Source: Octopus vulgaris
Taxonomy: Eukaryota
Assembly: GCA_951406725.2 (NCBI GenBank)
Contig: OX597830.1
Span: forward strand, 68,262,001-68,326,000
DNA length: 64,000 bases
Reading direction: 5' to 3'
Positions 1 through 11,774 of the stretch are shown here, in pieces. The notes under the pieces are model-generated. The model was not told the DNA's origin, ran no database searches, and saw only the letters and a list, made by a program, of their open reading frames with translations. The position numbers and the translations under genes were made by a program. Position 1 is the first letter of the stretch; every line of letters begins with the position of its first letter.

Positions 1-68
1 TACATATATATATACATACATATATATATATACATACATATATATATACATACATATATATATATATG
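1..68. repeat. (TA)n/(TACA)n microsatellite
   Basis: Seen directly; abuts the 3' end of LINE copy A. Confidence 0.95.
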
Positions 69-74
69 ATTTAA

Positions 75-2720
75 TTTTCATTTTGATTTTTCCAGTTTGC
101 TACACGATTTTACCTCACGGATGCTTTTTAGCAAACGCCATCTAATGCATGAGAGAGTTCGTTGCAGCTGCCCTCATCTGCACCTCCTGCCGTGAAGTTG
201 GTTCATCCAGGACACCTGACAGGAAGAGATCCAGTCCTACTTTAAAGACATCCGCATCTACACCATGCAGGTCCCTCAGGTTCTTCGGGAGGATATTGAA
301 GAGCTGTGGGCCTCTGAAGCCCAGGCTATCACAATATCTTGTCCTACATCTTGATTGCAAATTTGGAGTCCTTGGTACTACGCAGTGGCGTCCGGTTCTG
401 GCATTTGTGTGACTCTCGATGCCAAAGTCTAGGACAAGTCCTTCCAGGATCTTCCAGATATATACTATGGCATATCTTTCTCGCCTACGCTCCAGAGAAT
501 AGAGCTTTAATCTCTTGAGTCTTTCCCAGTAGCTCATATGCTGCACAGAGGCTATCTTCTTCGTGTAGCTTCGTTGGATCGCCTCAAGTTCTGTGATCAA
601 CTTGACACTAGATGGTGACCATAGCTGAGAGCAATAGTCAAAGTGGCTTAGGACAAGTGTCTTCCAGAGGACCATCATGGTTTCTTGTTCTCTTGTTCTA
701 AAGGTTCTAAGAATCCAGCCAGCCAGCCGTCTACATTTCATTGCCAATTTAGCAACATGTACATGAAAGGTCGCGTCATCACTCATGTGAATACCCAGGT
801 CACGCACTGATTGGTATCACGCACTGATAGTATAAAGCTTGAAACTTTTCAGCATTGAACTGCATGCTATTCTTTTCAGCCCACTTGTATATTTTGTCCA
901 GCTCAAATTGCAGGCGTTTAGTGTCCTCAGGGTTTTGTATTGCCTGTGAAACTTTTGTATCATCTGCATAACTTGTGATCGTGGCTTTCTGCGTGGCTGA
1001 GGGCATGTCTGAGAGGGCCATTATGAACAGTAGTGGTCCCAGAACAGTGCCCTGCGGAACACCGCTCACTATTTGCGTGTTAATGGAAGTGGCTACTACC
1101 ACCTGACTTCTATCTTTCAGAAACTCATGAAGCCATTCTCCCAGTTTTCCAACTATGTTGAGATCACGCAGTTTCTGACTTATCATTCCATGATCGACTT
1201 TATCAAAGGCCTTTGCAAAGTCGAGATATATCACTTCCACATTTGAGTGGCTGAGCAGCCGTTTCAGCACCCAGTCATAGTGTTGTAGGAGCTGAGTTAA
1301 ACAGCTTCTCCCTGGTCGGAAACCATGTTGGGTGTCGGGCAGCAGATCATTCTCTTCAAGGAAGGTGATCAGTTTCCTTCTGACTATTCGTTCCATGACC
1401 TTGCTGATGTGTGAGGTCAGAGAGATAGGTCTGTAGTTCTTGGCCTCCGCTCTGCTACCTCCTTTATGAATGGGGCATATTTTACCTTCCTTCAGTTTTC
1501 TTGGAAGTTTGCCAGCTGCAAGGAAGCTCTGAAAGAGGAACTGCAGTGGTCTTGCTAGGACTTTCTTACATGCTTTTAGGAGGATTGCCGGGAATCCATC
1601 GGGGCCAGCAGCTGAGTCTGTTTTCATTTCATCTATAGCCTTGATTACATCGTCTTCCTTTATATCGATGTAGTCTATCGTCGCCACCTCTGATTTTATA
1701 TCTGCAGTGGTAAAGAAGTCAGTTGGATTGGTGATTTGGAGATGCCCAAGGGGTGGAGTGAAAACACTCTTGAATTGCTCATTCAGTATTTCACTTACCC
1801 TCATTGGTTTTCCTGTAAGTGTGCCATCCTTTTCAAGGAGTGGCCCTATTCTACAGTGCACCGTAGCTGTTTCTTTGGCATACCTGTAGAAAGCTGTGGG
1901 GTTAGATTTTATGTTGTCTATAGCCCAGGCTTCTTTGTCTGCTCTTTCTTTTTCATGGGAGAGTTACAGACATTTTTCGATTTCCAACAGTTTTATTTTT
2001 AGGCGGGACTTTTCACTGCTTTCAATCTGTTTGTTTAGGCGATTTGAAATTTTTGTACGCCGTCTCATTAAAATTTTCCTCTCTCTGGGGATTTTGTTCT
2101 TGTGTACAGTGGCCTTTCTCTCTGGGACGCATTTGTTGCATATGGCTTGCATTACAGACATGAATTGTTGAAGTTTCACGTCGATGTCTGGCGAGGAGAG
2201 ACATTCAGGCCAGTTTTGTTTGAGGATCTCTTTCTCAATTTGTTTCCAGTTTGCCTTATGGTAGTTCAAGCTGGAAAGATTCTGAGGGTTTCTTGTAGGC
2301 TGCATGTCCGTGCTCTCTTTTGGCCCGTACATGGTCAGCTCTACCATGTTGTGATCCGAGAGTAGTGTCGGTGTCACTTTCACATTATGGATGAGATCCA
2401 TGTCATTTGTGAAGCAGAGATCCAGTGTGTTACCTGCCCTGGTTGGTTGGAGTATTACCTGCTCCATGTACAGGGTGTTGATGAGGTTCAGGAGGGACCT
2501 CGCCTGTCCTCGTTCACATCTTGTCATTCCTGGGAGAGAAAGGCCCTCGGGCCATCTGACATTGGGTAGATTGAAGTCTCCCATAAGAAGTACATTTATG
2601 TGTTGTTCTAATGTGATTAGAACTTCTTCTATTTTTATAAGGCAGTCTTCAAACTTGCCCACATGGCTTGGGGCATCTGGAGGGCGGTATGTAGCACACA
2701 CAACTACATCAATTTGCCTT
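75..2720 (-). mobile_element. 5'-truncated, frameshifted CR1/L2-group LINE (copy A): partial APE endonuclease, RT and C-terminal region
   Basis: ORF pieces 1964-2720 (YRPP, GDFNLP, LDLCF, SDH), 800-1861 (NYRPISLTS, YLDFAKAFDKVDH, SGVPQGTVLGPLLF, YADDTK) and 142-807 (DYCSQLWSP, SLERRRERY). Truncated at a microsatellite at 2720. Confidence 0.93.
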
Positions 2721-2802
2721 ATATATATACATATATATATATATATACATACATATATATATACATACATATATATATATACATACATATATATATACAT
2801 AC

Positions 2803-2835
<33 letters not shown>

Positions 2836-3045
2836 CATACATCAAACAATCAATCAATCAATCAAATACATATATATATATATGCATACATATATATATA
2901 TACATACATATATATATATATATATACATATATATATACATATATATATATATATACATACATATATATATATATATATACATACATATATATATATATA
3001 CATACATATATATATATACATACACATATATATATATATACATAC

Positions 3046-3078
<33 letters not shown>

Positions 3079-3373
3079 CATATACATATATATATATATA
3101 CATATATATATATACATACATATATATATATATACATACATATATACTTTGATATTTGATAGGTTCCGGCCATTATTGGCCCAGGCCATGTCTAACTTAA
3201 TAGCACCAATATATATACATACATATATATATATACATACATATATACATATATATACACACATATATACATACATATATATATACATACATATATATAT
3301 ATATATATACATACACATATATATATATATATATATACATACATATATATATATATACATACATATATATATA
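2721..3373. repeat. compound (TA)n/(TACA)n/(TCAA)n microsatellite
   Basis: Seen directly, with a ~60-bp unique island at 3148-3210. Confidence 0.95.
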
Positions 3374-3795
3374 GGCGCAGGAGTGGCTGTGTGGTAAGTA
3401 GCTTGCTTACCAACCACATGGTAAGGGTTCAGTCCCACTGCGTGGCACCTTGGGCAAGTGTCTTCTGCTATAGCCTCGGGCCAACCAAAGCCTTGTGAGT
3501 GGATTTGGTAGACGGAAACTGAAAGACGCCCGTCGTATATATATATGTGTATATATATATATGTGTGTGTGTGTGCGTTTGTGTATCTGTGTTTGTCTCC
3601 CCAACATCGCTTGACAACCGATGCTGGTGTGTTTACATCCCCGTTACTTAGCGGTTCGGCAAAAGAGACGATAGGATAAGTACTAGGCTTACAAAGAATA
3701 AGTCCTGGGGTCGATTTCCTCGACAAAAAGGCGGTACTTCAGCATGGCCGCAGTCAAATGACTGAAACAAGTAAAAGAGTAAAGAGTAAAGAGTA
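3374..3795 (+). mobile_element. tRNA-derived SINE, family 1 (full length, internal microsatellite)
   Basis: Pol III A-box (TGGCTGTGTGG) and B-box (GGTTCAGTCCC) head, CORE-like CCTTGGGCAAGT, internal (TA)/(TG) run and (AGTAAA[A]G)n tail. Several copies in the window. Confidence 0.9.
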
Positions 3796-3806
3796 TATAT
3801 ACATAC

Positions 3807-3867
<61 letters not shown>

Positions 3868-3889
3868 CATATATATATATATATATATA

Positions 3890-4160
3890 TGACGGAAACT
3901 GAAAGAAGCCTGTCGTATATATATATATGTGTGTGTGTGTGATTGTGTGTCTATGTTTGTCCCCTAGCATTGCTTGACAACCGATGCTGGTGTGTTTACG
4001 TCCCCGTCACTTAGCGGTTCGGCAAAAGAGATCGATAGAATAAGTACTGGGCTTACAAAGAATAAGTCCCGGGGTCGATTTGCTCGACTAAAGGCGGTGC
4101 TCCAGCATGGCCGCAGTCAAATGACTGAAACAAGTAAAAGAGTAAAAGAGTAAAGAGAGT
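3890..4160 (+). mobile_element. family 1 SINE, 5'-truncated
   Basis: Near-identical to 3511-3795. Confidence 0.9.
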
Positions 4161-4164
4161 ATAT

Positions 4165-4508
4165 ATATATAAGAAAATAGTAAAGAGTGAAAAAACGACA
4201 GAAGGCTTAAATGTTAAAAAATATATATATTTGCGTCAAAATGTCTGGAGAATATTGGAAAAATTTTTTTCCTTTCTTTAAAATGACATAATTTTATAAA
4301 TTTTAAAGAAATACCAGTTTCGCAGTTAGCTCTTCAAATTTCTTGTGACTTAATGTTTATTTTTAATAGTGTAGCTCATTCAGCGGTGGTGCCCCAGCAT
4401 GGCCGCGGCCTTCGGGCTAAAACATTTTTAAGGATTTAAGGATTTATATATATATTTATATGTATATATATATATATATGTATGTATATATATATATATA
4501 TATGTATG

Positions 4509-4578
<70 letters not shown>

Positions 4579-4680
4579 TAAATGTATGTATATATATATA
4601 TATATATGTATGTATATATATATATATGTATATATGTATATATATGTATATATATGTATATATATGTATATATATAAATG

Positions 4681-4729
<49 letters not shown>

Positions 4730-4934
4730 GTATGTATGTATAACATTAAGTCACAAGAAATTTGAAGAGCTAACTGCGAAACCGGTATTTCTTTAAAAAT
4801 TATAAAATTATGTCATTTTAAGGAAAGGAAAAAAATTTTTCCAATATTCTCCAGACATTTTGACGCAAATATATATATTTTTTCACATTTAAGCCTTCTG
4901 TCGTTTTTTCACTCTTTACTATTTTCTTATATAT
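4165..4934. repeat. ~190-bp inverted repeat (4165-4357 / 4742-4934) carrying a degenerate hammerhead-like motif
   Basis: The arms are reverse complements with few mismatches. TTGAAGA-GC-TAACT-GC-GAAACCGGTA lies at 4762-4787. Confidence 0.85.
4367..4447 (+). mobile_element. 3'-tail-only copy of LINE B
   Basis: Identical to the reverse complement of 5572-5651. Confidence 0.9.
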
Positions 4935-4967
4935 TCACTCACGTGCTTTACCAAACAAACTTTCTTA

Positions 4968-5036
<69 letters not shown>

Positions 5037-5160
5037 GTATATACATATGTATATACATACATATATATATACATACATATATATATATACATACATATAT
5101 ATATATATATACATATATATATACATATATATATACATATATATATACATATATATATAC

Positions 5161-5241
<81 letters not shown>

Positions 5242-5304
5242 CATATATATATATACATACATATGTATATATATATATATACATATATTTATATATATAC
5301 ATAC

Positions 5305-5353
<49 letters not shown>

Positions 5354-5439
5354 CATACATATATATACACACATACATATATATATATATATTTACATAC
5401 ATATATATATATACATACATATATATATATACATACATT

Positions 5440-5480
<41 letters not shown>

Positions 5481-5572
5481 ATATACATTCACATATATAT
5501 ATATACATACATATATATATATATACATACATATATATATATATATATATACATACATATAAATATATATAT
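4968..5572. repeat. (TA)n/(TACA)n microsatellite (a second tract lies at 4448-4741)
   Basis: Seen directly. Confidence 0.95.
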
Positions 5573-5648
5573 AAATCCTTAAATCCTTAAAAATGTTTTA
5601 GCCCGAAGGCCGCGGCCATGCTGGGGCACCACCGCTGAATGAGCTACA

Positions 5649-8600
5649 CTAATTTGTGAATCCACCTCTGATACGTGGCACTTGATCAACAAGGGAGTTC
5701 GATGCTGCTGCCCGCATCCGCGTCTCCTGTCGTGAGGTAGGCTCATCTGGGATTCTCGACAAGAATAGATCCAGTTTAGTTTTAAAGAAACCCACATCCA
5801 CACCATGTGTGTCTCTCAGGCATTTAGGGAGGATGTTAAAGAGCTGTGGTCCTCTGAAACCCAAGCTGTTGCAGTATCTGGACCTGTATTTTGATGGTGA
5901 TGTTGGAATCCTTGGCACCATGAAGTGGCGCCCCGTTCTGCGGTTGGAGTAACTTTGAATGCCAAAGTTTGGGACAAGACCCTCCAGGATTTTCCAGATG
6001 TATATCACCGCATATCTCTCCCGCCACCGCTCTAGGGAGAAGAGGTTTAATACCTTCAGTCTTTCCCAGTAGCTGATATTTTGCATTGAGACGATTTTCT
6101 TTGTGTAGTTTCTCTGAATTACTTCGAGTTCTGTTGTTAGTTTTATATTGTGTGGTGACCAAAGTTGGGAGCAGTAGTCCAAGCAGCTGAGGACGAATGT
6201 TTTCCATAGGACCATCAGTGTCTCCTTCTCTCTTGTTCTGAAAGTTCGGAGAATCCATCCAGCTAGACGTCTGCATTTTATCACCAGATTAGCAATATGC
6301 ATTTGGAAAGATGCATCATTGCTCATGTCAATGCCCAGGTCACGCACTGATTTTGACTCAGGGATTGCAATTCTTCCTGGGCCAGTGTATCCAGTCTTCA
6401 CGTCATTTACATTTGTGTGCCAGTAGCGCAGGGCCTGGAACTTACCTGCATTAAACTGCATGTTGTTGTCCTAAGCCCACCTGTATATTGTGTCCAGCTC
6501 ATGTTGCAGATGCGCAATATTTTCAGGGTTTTGTATTGCGTGGGAGACTTTTGTGTCATCTGCATAGCTAGCAAGGGTGGTCATCGTAGCAACTGAAGGC
6601 ATGTCTGAAAGGGCCACTATGAACATCAGTGGCCCCAAGACAGTGCCCTGTGGGACACCGGATGTTATTTGCGTTTCCTTGGAGGTGGCTCCATTGCTCA
6701 CAACTGCCTGTTTTCTGTCTTTTAGGAAGTTGTGCTGCCACTCTCCAAGTTTCCCGCCTATGCCGAGACCACGCAGTTTGTGACAGATCATACCATGGTC
6801 GACTTTATCAAAGGCTTTTGCAAAGTCGAGATATATTACATCCACATTTGAGCCATTTAGTAGCTGTTTCAACACTCAGTCATAGTGTTGCAGGAGCTGT
6901 GTTAGGCAGCCTCTACCTGGTCGAAATCCATGTTGGGTGTCAGACAGCAAGTCATTTTCTTCAAGTAACATGATTAGTTTCTTACGGACTATTCGTTCCA
7001 TGACTTTGCTGATGTGTGAGGTCAGAGAGATAGGCCTATAATTTTTAGCATCTGCTCTGCTACCTCCCCTATGGATAGGGCATATTAACCCCTCTTTCAA
7101 TTTGACTGGGAGCTTACCACTTGCAAGAAAGCTCTGGAAAAGAAGCTGTAGCGGTTTTGCAAGGGCTCGTTTGCACGATTTGAGAAGGATCGCTGGGAAT
7201 CCATCAGGTCCAGCAGCTGAGTTTGTGTCAATCTCATCTATGGCTCGTGTGATATCATCAGCTTCGATGTTGATGTACTCAATTTTTGTCTCTTTGGCCG
7301 CAGGTAAAGTGGCAAAGAATTCTTCTGGGTTGTTTACTTGCCTGTGTCCTAGAGGTGTAGTGAACACACTTGGGAACTGTTCGTTCAGTATTTCACTTAT
7401 CCTCGTGGGATTTCCTGTGAGAGAGCCATCTTTTTGGAAGAGAGGTCCTATTCCCTGGTGCACTGTGGCTGTCTCTTTGGCAAACTTAAAGAAAGCTTTA
7501 GGGTTTGATTTTATATTTTCTGTTACCCAAGCTTCTTTATCTGCTCTCTCCTTTTCATGGGAGTGATGTAGACTTTTCTCAGTTTCCATTAGCATTCTGT
7601 CGAGCCGAGACTTCTCACCACTTTTGGTGTGCTTGCTCAGGCGGTTTGCAATCCTTGTCTGTCGTCTCATAAGAATCCTCCTTTCTCTAGGGATCCTGTT
7701 TTTGTTCTTGTGTGTGCTGGCCCTGCACACTGGGACATATTTGTCACATATGGCTTGTATTATGGACATGAAGTGTTTGTGTTTCATGTTTATGTCCGGT
7801 GTGGAGAGACATTCAGGCCAATCCTGTTTGAGGATCTCTTTCTCAATCAACTTCCAGTTGGCTTTATGAAAGTTTAAGTTGGAGAGATGGTGGGTGCTTC
7901 GTATAGGCTGTGTGTCTACGGGGGCTTTTCTTCCATACATAGACAGCTCTATTATGTTGTGATCCGAGATCATTGTCGGCATCACATTAACATTATGGAT
8001 AATATCCATATTGTTAGTGAAGCAGAGATCCAGTATATTATCTGCCCTTGTTGGTTGCAGAACTATTTGCTCCATGAAAGAGGCATTTGTGAGATGGAGC
8101 AGGGACTCCACCTGTGTCTGCTGATAGTGTGTCATCCCTGGGAGCATCTGCCCCCCAGGCCATTCCACATTGGGGAGGTTAAAGTCACCCATGAAGAATA
8201 CACTGTTGTGCTGTTCAAGGTTGGTGAGGACTTCTCCTATTTTTGTTAGGCAGTCTTCAAACATGCCTGAGTGTTTTGGGGCATCTGGTGGGCGATATGT
8301 AGTGCATATGACGATATTCAGTTGCCTTATGTGTACAATTTGAGTTTCACATACTGAGTTTGAATATGACAGCAGGACGTGGGGCGTGAGGTCATCTCGG
8401 ATGTACATTGCAACTCCACCATGGCTCCTCCCTTTTCTATCTGTGCGTATGACTGCATATTGCGGCATGTGTATTTCTGCATCACCTATATCGGGTTCAA
8501 GATGCGTTTCTGTGAGTGCCATGCATATAGCTTGATTGCATGTCACAAGGTCTCTCAGGAATGAAATTTTCTTTTTACAGTTTCCGCGCAGCAGCCCTCC

Positions 8601-8747
8601 TACATTCAGTAGAAATATTTTTGTGGTGTGTGTGTTGGTGTCTGTGGTGGCCATCCTGCATCCGTTGGAGGTGGCCTTATGTGGTGGTAGTTCCAGCTTT
8701 GTGCTTGTAGCCAGGTCAGCTGCTGAACAATTTTTTGTGCCATGCAC
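5649..8747 (-). pseudogene. LINE B ORF2 (APE endonuclease + reverse transcriptase) with two in-frame stops
   Basis: ORFs 6876-8747, 6471-6875 and 5649-6461 share one frame, with stops at 6876-6878 (TGA for W of HYDW) and 6471-6473. Motifs LTETHL, GGVAMY, GDFN, SDH and YADDTK are present. Confidence 0.93.
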
Positions 8748-9496
8748 AAAAAAGATTGCTGTTCAGCTGCCGCCCTTCTCACGTCTGGGTGAAGCTGGCC
8801 ACCTGTTGGGTTTCCGCGCACCACATCTGCATACCGTCTTTCAGTAGTGGTCAGTGCGCTTTTTTCCCTTCTTTTAACTTTTTCTTTTTGTTCTCCCTGA
8901 GGGAGGGACCTCTGTCTCGCGTCCGTGCGGTTTTGGTAGGGCCTCCGATGTGCAAAGCGACAGTTTGCACCTTCGACGCCGTACCAGCAGTCCCCCCTCA
9001 GGTAGAATTTGCAGATGTTTCTTTCTTTGCCCTTATAGTTCTTGCTGGGGTCCTTTTGTTTTCTCTGGACAGGGTTTCTTTTAGCTTTGATTTTGTCGCC
9101 TTTTACCTCCTGTTTCCCATCAATTTTAGGGTGCTTTTCTTTTCTTGCGGCCATCGCACCTCTTTGGTCTTCAGTTGTGGTGTTGGGAGCTGGACATGTG
9201 TCATTATTTCCCTGTGTTCTAGGTTTCTCCGTTTGGTCCTGGATGTTTTCTTCATCCTTTTGGCCTTCCCTGGTGCCGTCACCTCCTAGGATGATGTCCA
9301 GGGTGTCTACATGTTGCCTGATTAGAGCGTACGAACGGATAAATTCTCGCTTCTTTCGCTCTATCTGGGCGGTGGTTCTCGAAAAATTGTTGCTTTTCAG
9401 CGCCGCTGCAATAATATTGTTCGGCGAGTCGTCTTCAGCAATCCACCAAGCGCGGACGAACAATTGCACCTCTCTCGCAGACCAGTTTCTTGCCAT
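8606..9496 (-). CDS. LINE B ORF1, 296 aa: N-terminal Myb/SANT-like (trihelix) region and a CCCH zinc finger
   Basis: Intact ORF upstream of and overlapping ORF2. C-x7-C-x8-C-x3-H at 8948-9013; N-terminus NWSAREVQLFVRAW...IAAAL...FSRTTAQIERK. Confidence 0.8.
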   Translation of the reverse strand: MARNWSAREVQLFVRAWWIAEDDSPNNIIAAALKSNNFSRTTAQIERKKREFIRSYALIRQHVDTLDIILGGDGTREGQKDEENIQDQTEKPRTQGNNDTCPAPNTTTEDQRGAMAARKEKHPKIDGKQEVKGDKIKAKRNPVQRKQKDPSKNYKGKERNICKFYLRGDCWYGVEGANCRFAHRRPYQNRTDARQRSLPQGEQKEKVKRREKSALTTTERRYADVVRGNPTGGQLHPDVRRAAAEQQSFLCMAQKIVQQLTWLQAQSWNYHHIRPPPTDAGWPPQTPTHTPQKYFY

Positions 9497-10274
9497 TTTC
9501 GTCTAGTGAAATATAGGAACAGAGAGAGAGATAGAGAAGGAAAGATAAGATGGAGAGGGAGAAGAGAAAGGAGAAAAGCCAGGGGGGGATAGAGAGAGAG
9601 ACGAGGGGATTGTCCTGAGAGAAGAGAGAAAGAGAGAAAATAAAGAGGGGGCGCAACAGAGGTGCAAGAGAGTGTAGTAAAGGGACAGGGAGGGTGGTGT
9701 AGAGAAAGAAATAAGGGGACAGAAGGGGAAGAGGAAAAGGGGTTTGACCTGTGAAGGAGCGGAGAGGAAAGAGGCAGAGAGAGGGAGGGGGAGTAACAGA
9801 GAGAGAGAGAAAGAGGGCGGTATATAGATACAAGAGAGAATGAGTGAAGTTGAGGAACTGAGAGGGGGGGGTGAGATGTGAGAAAGTTGATCTGAGAGAG
9901 ATGCAGAAAGAGAAACGATGGTAGAGGGAGAGAGAGGGAGGAGGGGAGAGTGAGAGCGGAAATAGAGAGTCTGCTGGATGGAGAGACAGATAAGGTATAA
10001 ACTGTATGAGAGAGGTGGAAATAGAAATGTAAGAAAGAGAAGGAGAGAGTGTGTGGTAAATACGGAGGACAAATTATAAAGATAGAATAGCGCGTATTTT
10101 TATATCTTTTTTTAATTATTATCTTCTAGTTGAAAGAACACTAATGATAATAAATAATAAAAATGTATGAGAGAGATAGAAATAGAAATGCAAGAAAGAG
10201 AAGGAGAGAGTGTGGTGAATACGGAGGACAAATTATAAAGATAGAATAGCGCGTATTTTTATATATTTTTTTTT

Positions 10275-10670
10275 TCTCTTTTACTTGTTTCAGTCATTTG
10301 ACTGCGGCCATGCTGGAGCACCGCCTTTAATCGAGCAACTCGACCCCGAGACTTATTCTTTGTAAGCCCAGTACTTATTCTATCGGTCTCTTTTTTGCCG
10401 AACCGCTAAGTGACGGGGACGTAAACACACCAGCATCGGTTGTCAAGCAATGCTAGGGGAACAAACACAGACACACAAACAAACACATATATATATATAC
10501 ATATATACGACAGGCTTCTTTCAGTTTCCTTCTACCAAATCCACTCACAAGGCATTGGTCGGCCCGGGGCTATAGCAGAAGACACTTGCCCAAGATGCCA
10601 CGCAGTGGGACTGAACCCGGAACCATGTGGTTGGTTAGCAAGCTACTTACCACACAGCCACTCCTGCGCC
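10275..10670 (-). mobile_element. family 1 SINE inserted in the LINE B 5' UTR repeat
   Basis: Full reverse-complement SINE, flanked on both sides by TATAT(C/T)TTTTTTTT. Confidence 0.9.
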
Positions 10671-10915
10671 TATATCTTTTTTTTATTTTTATTATTATCT
10701 TCTGCTTGAAAGAACACTAATGATAATAAATAAATAATATCTTCCTTACCTTACCGGCTGAGAGAATACTTACGTGATTCCTTTTTATAAGAACGGAAGA
10801 TAGATAGATAAGATAGACCTTTTATATTCCTTAATCGTATTTTGTAAACAAAAAGAATTAGAGTTCCGATTTCGTACATGCAAACAATTTAACGATACTT
10901 TCTATATTTTCCTAA

Positions 10916-10917
<2 letters not shown>

Positions 10918-10962
<45 letters not shown>

Positions 10963-11012
10963 TTACATATATATATATACATACATATATATATATACAT
11001 ATATATATATAC

Positions 11013-11045
<33 letters not shown>

Positions 11046-11544
11046 CATACATATATATATATATACATACATATATATATATATACATACATGTATATAT
11101 ATATATACATACATATATATATATATACATATATATACATACATATATATATATATACATACAAATATATATATATACATACATATATATATATACATAC
11201 ATATATATATATACATACATATATATATATATATACATACATATATATATATACATACGTATATATATACATACATATATATATATATATACATACATAT
11301 ATATATATATACATACATATATATATATACATACATATATATATACATATATATATATACATACATATATACATATACATACATATATATATATACATAC
11401 ATATATATATATACATAATATATATATATATACATACATATATATATATACATACATATATATATATACATACATATATATATATATATACATATATATA
11501 TACATACATATATATATAATATATATATATATATACATATATAT

Positions 11545-11583
<39 letters not shown>

Positions 11584-11586
11584 TAT

Positions 11587-11648
<62 letters not shown>

Positions 11649-11686
11649 TATATACATACATATATATATATATACATACATTATAT

Positions 11687-11732
<46 letters not shown>

Positions 11733-11770
11733 CATACATATATATATATATATATATACATATATAATAA
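10918..11770. repeat. (TA)n/(TACA)n microsatellite
   Basis: Seen directly. Confidence 0.95.
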
Positions 11771-11774
11771 TAAA

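Larger units (their letters stand above)
5572..10740 (-). mobile_element. near full-length two-ORF CR1/L2-group LINE (copy B)
   Basis: Pyrimidine-rich 5' UTR with a tandem unit, then ORF1, ORF2 (APE+RT) and a short 3' UTR ending in (TTTAAGGA)2. The 5' boundary is uncertain and could extend to ~10915. Confidence 0.92.

Noticed and set aside
3374-3450. tRNA gene
   Set aside because: It is a SINE head that runs straight into the SINE body and has no complete cloverleaf.
149-9506. Plus-strand ORFs overlapping the LINEs
   Set aside because: They are antisense shadows of LINE coding sequence with no independent motifs.
9435-10072. L/S/P/F-rich ORFs that resemble membrane proteins
   Set aside because: They are a by-product of the pyrimidine-rich LINE 5' UTR.
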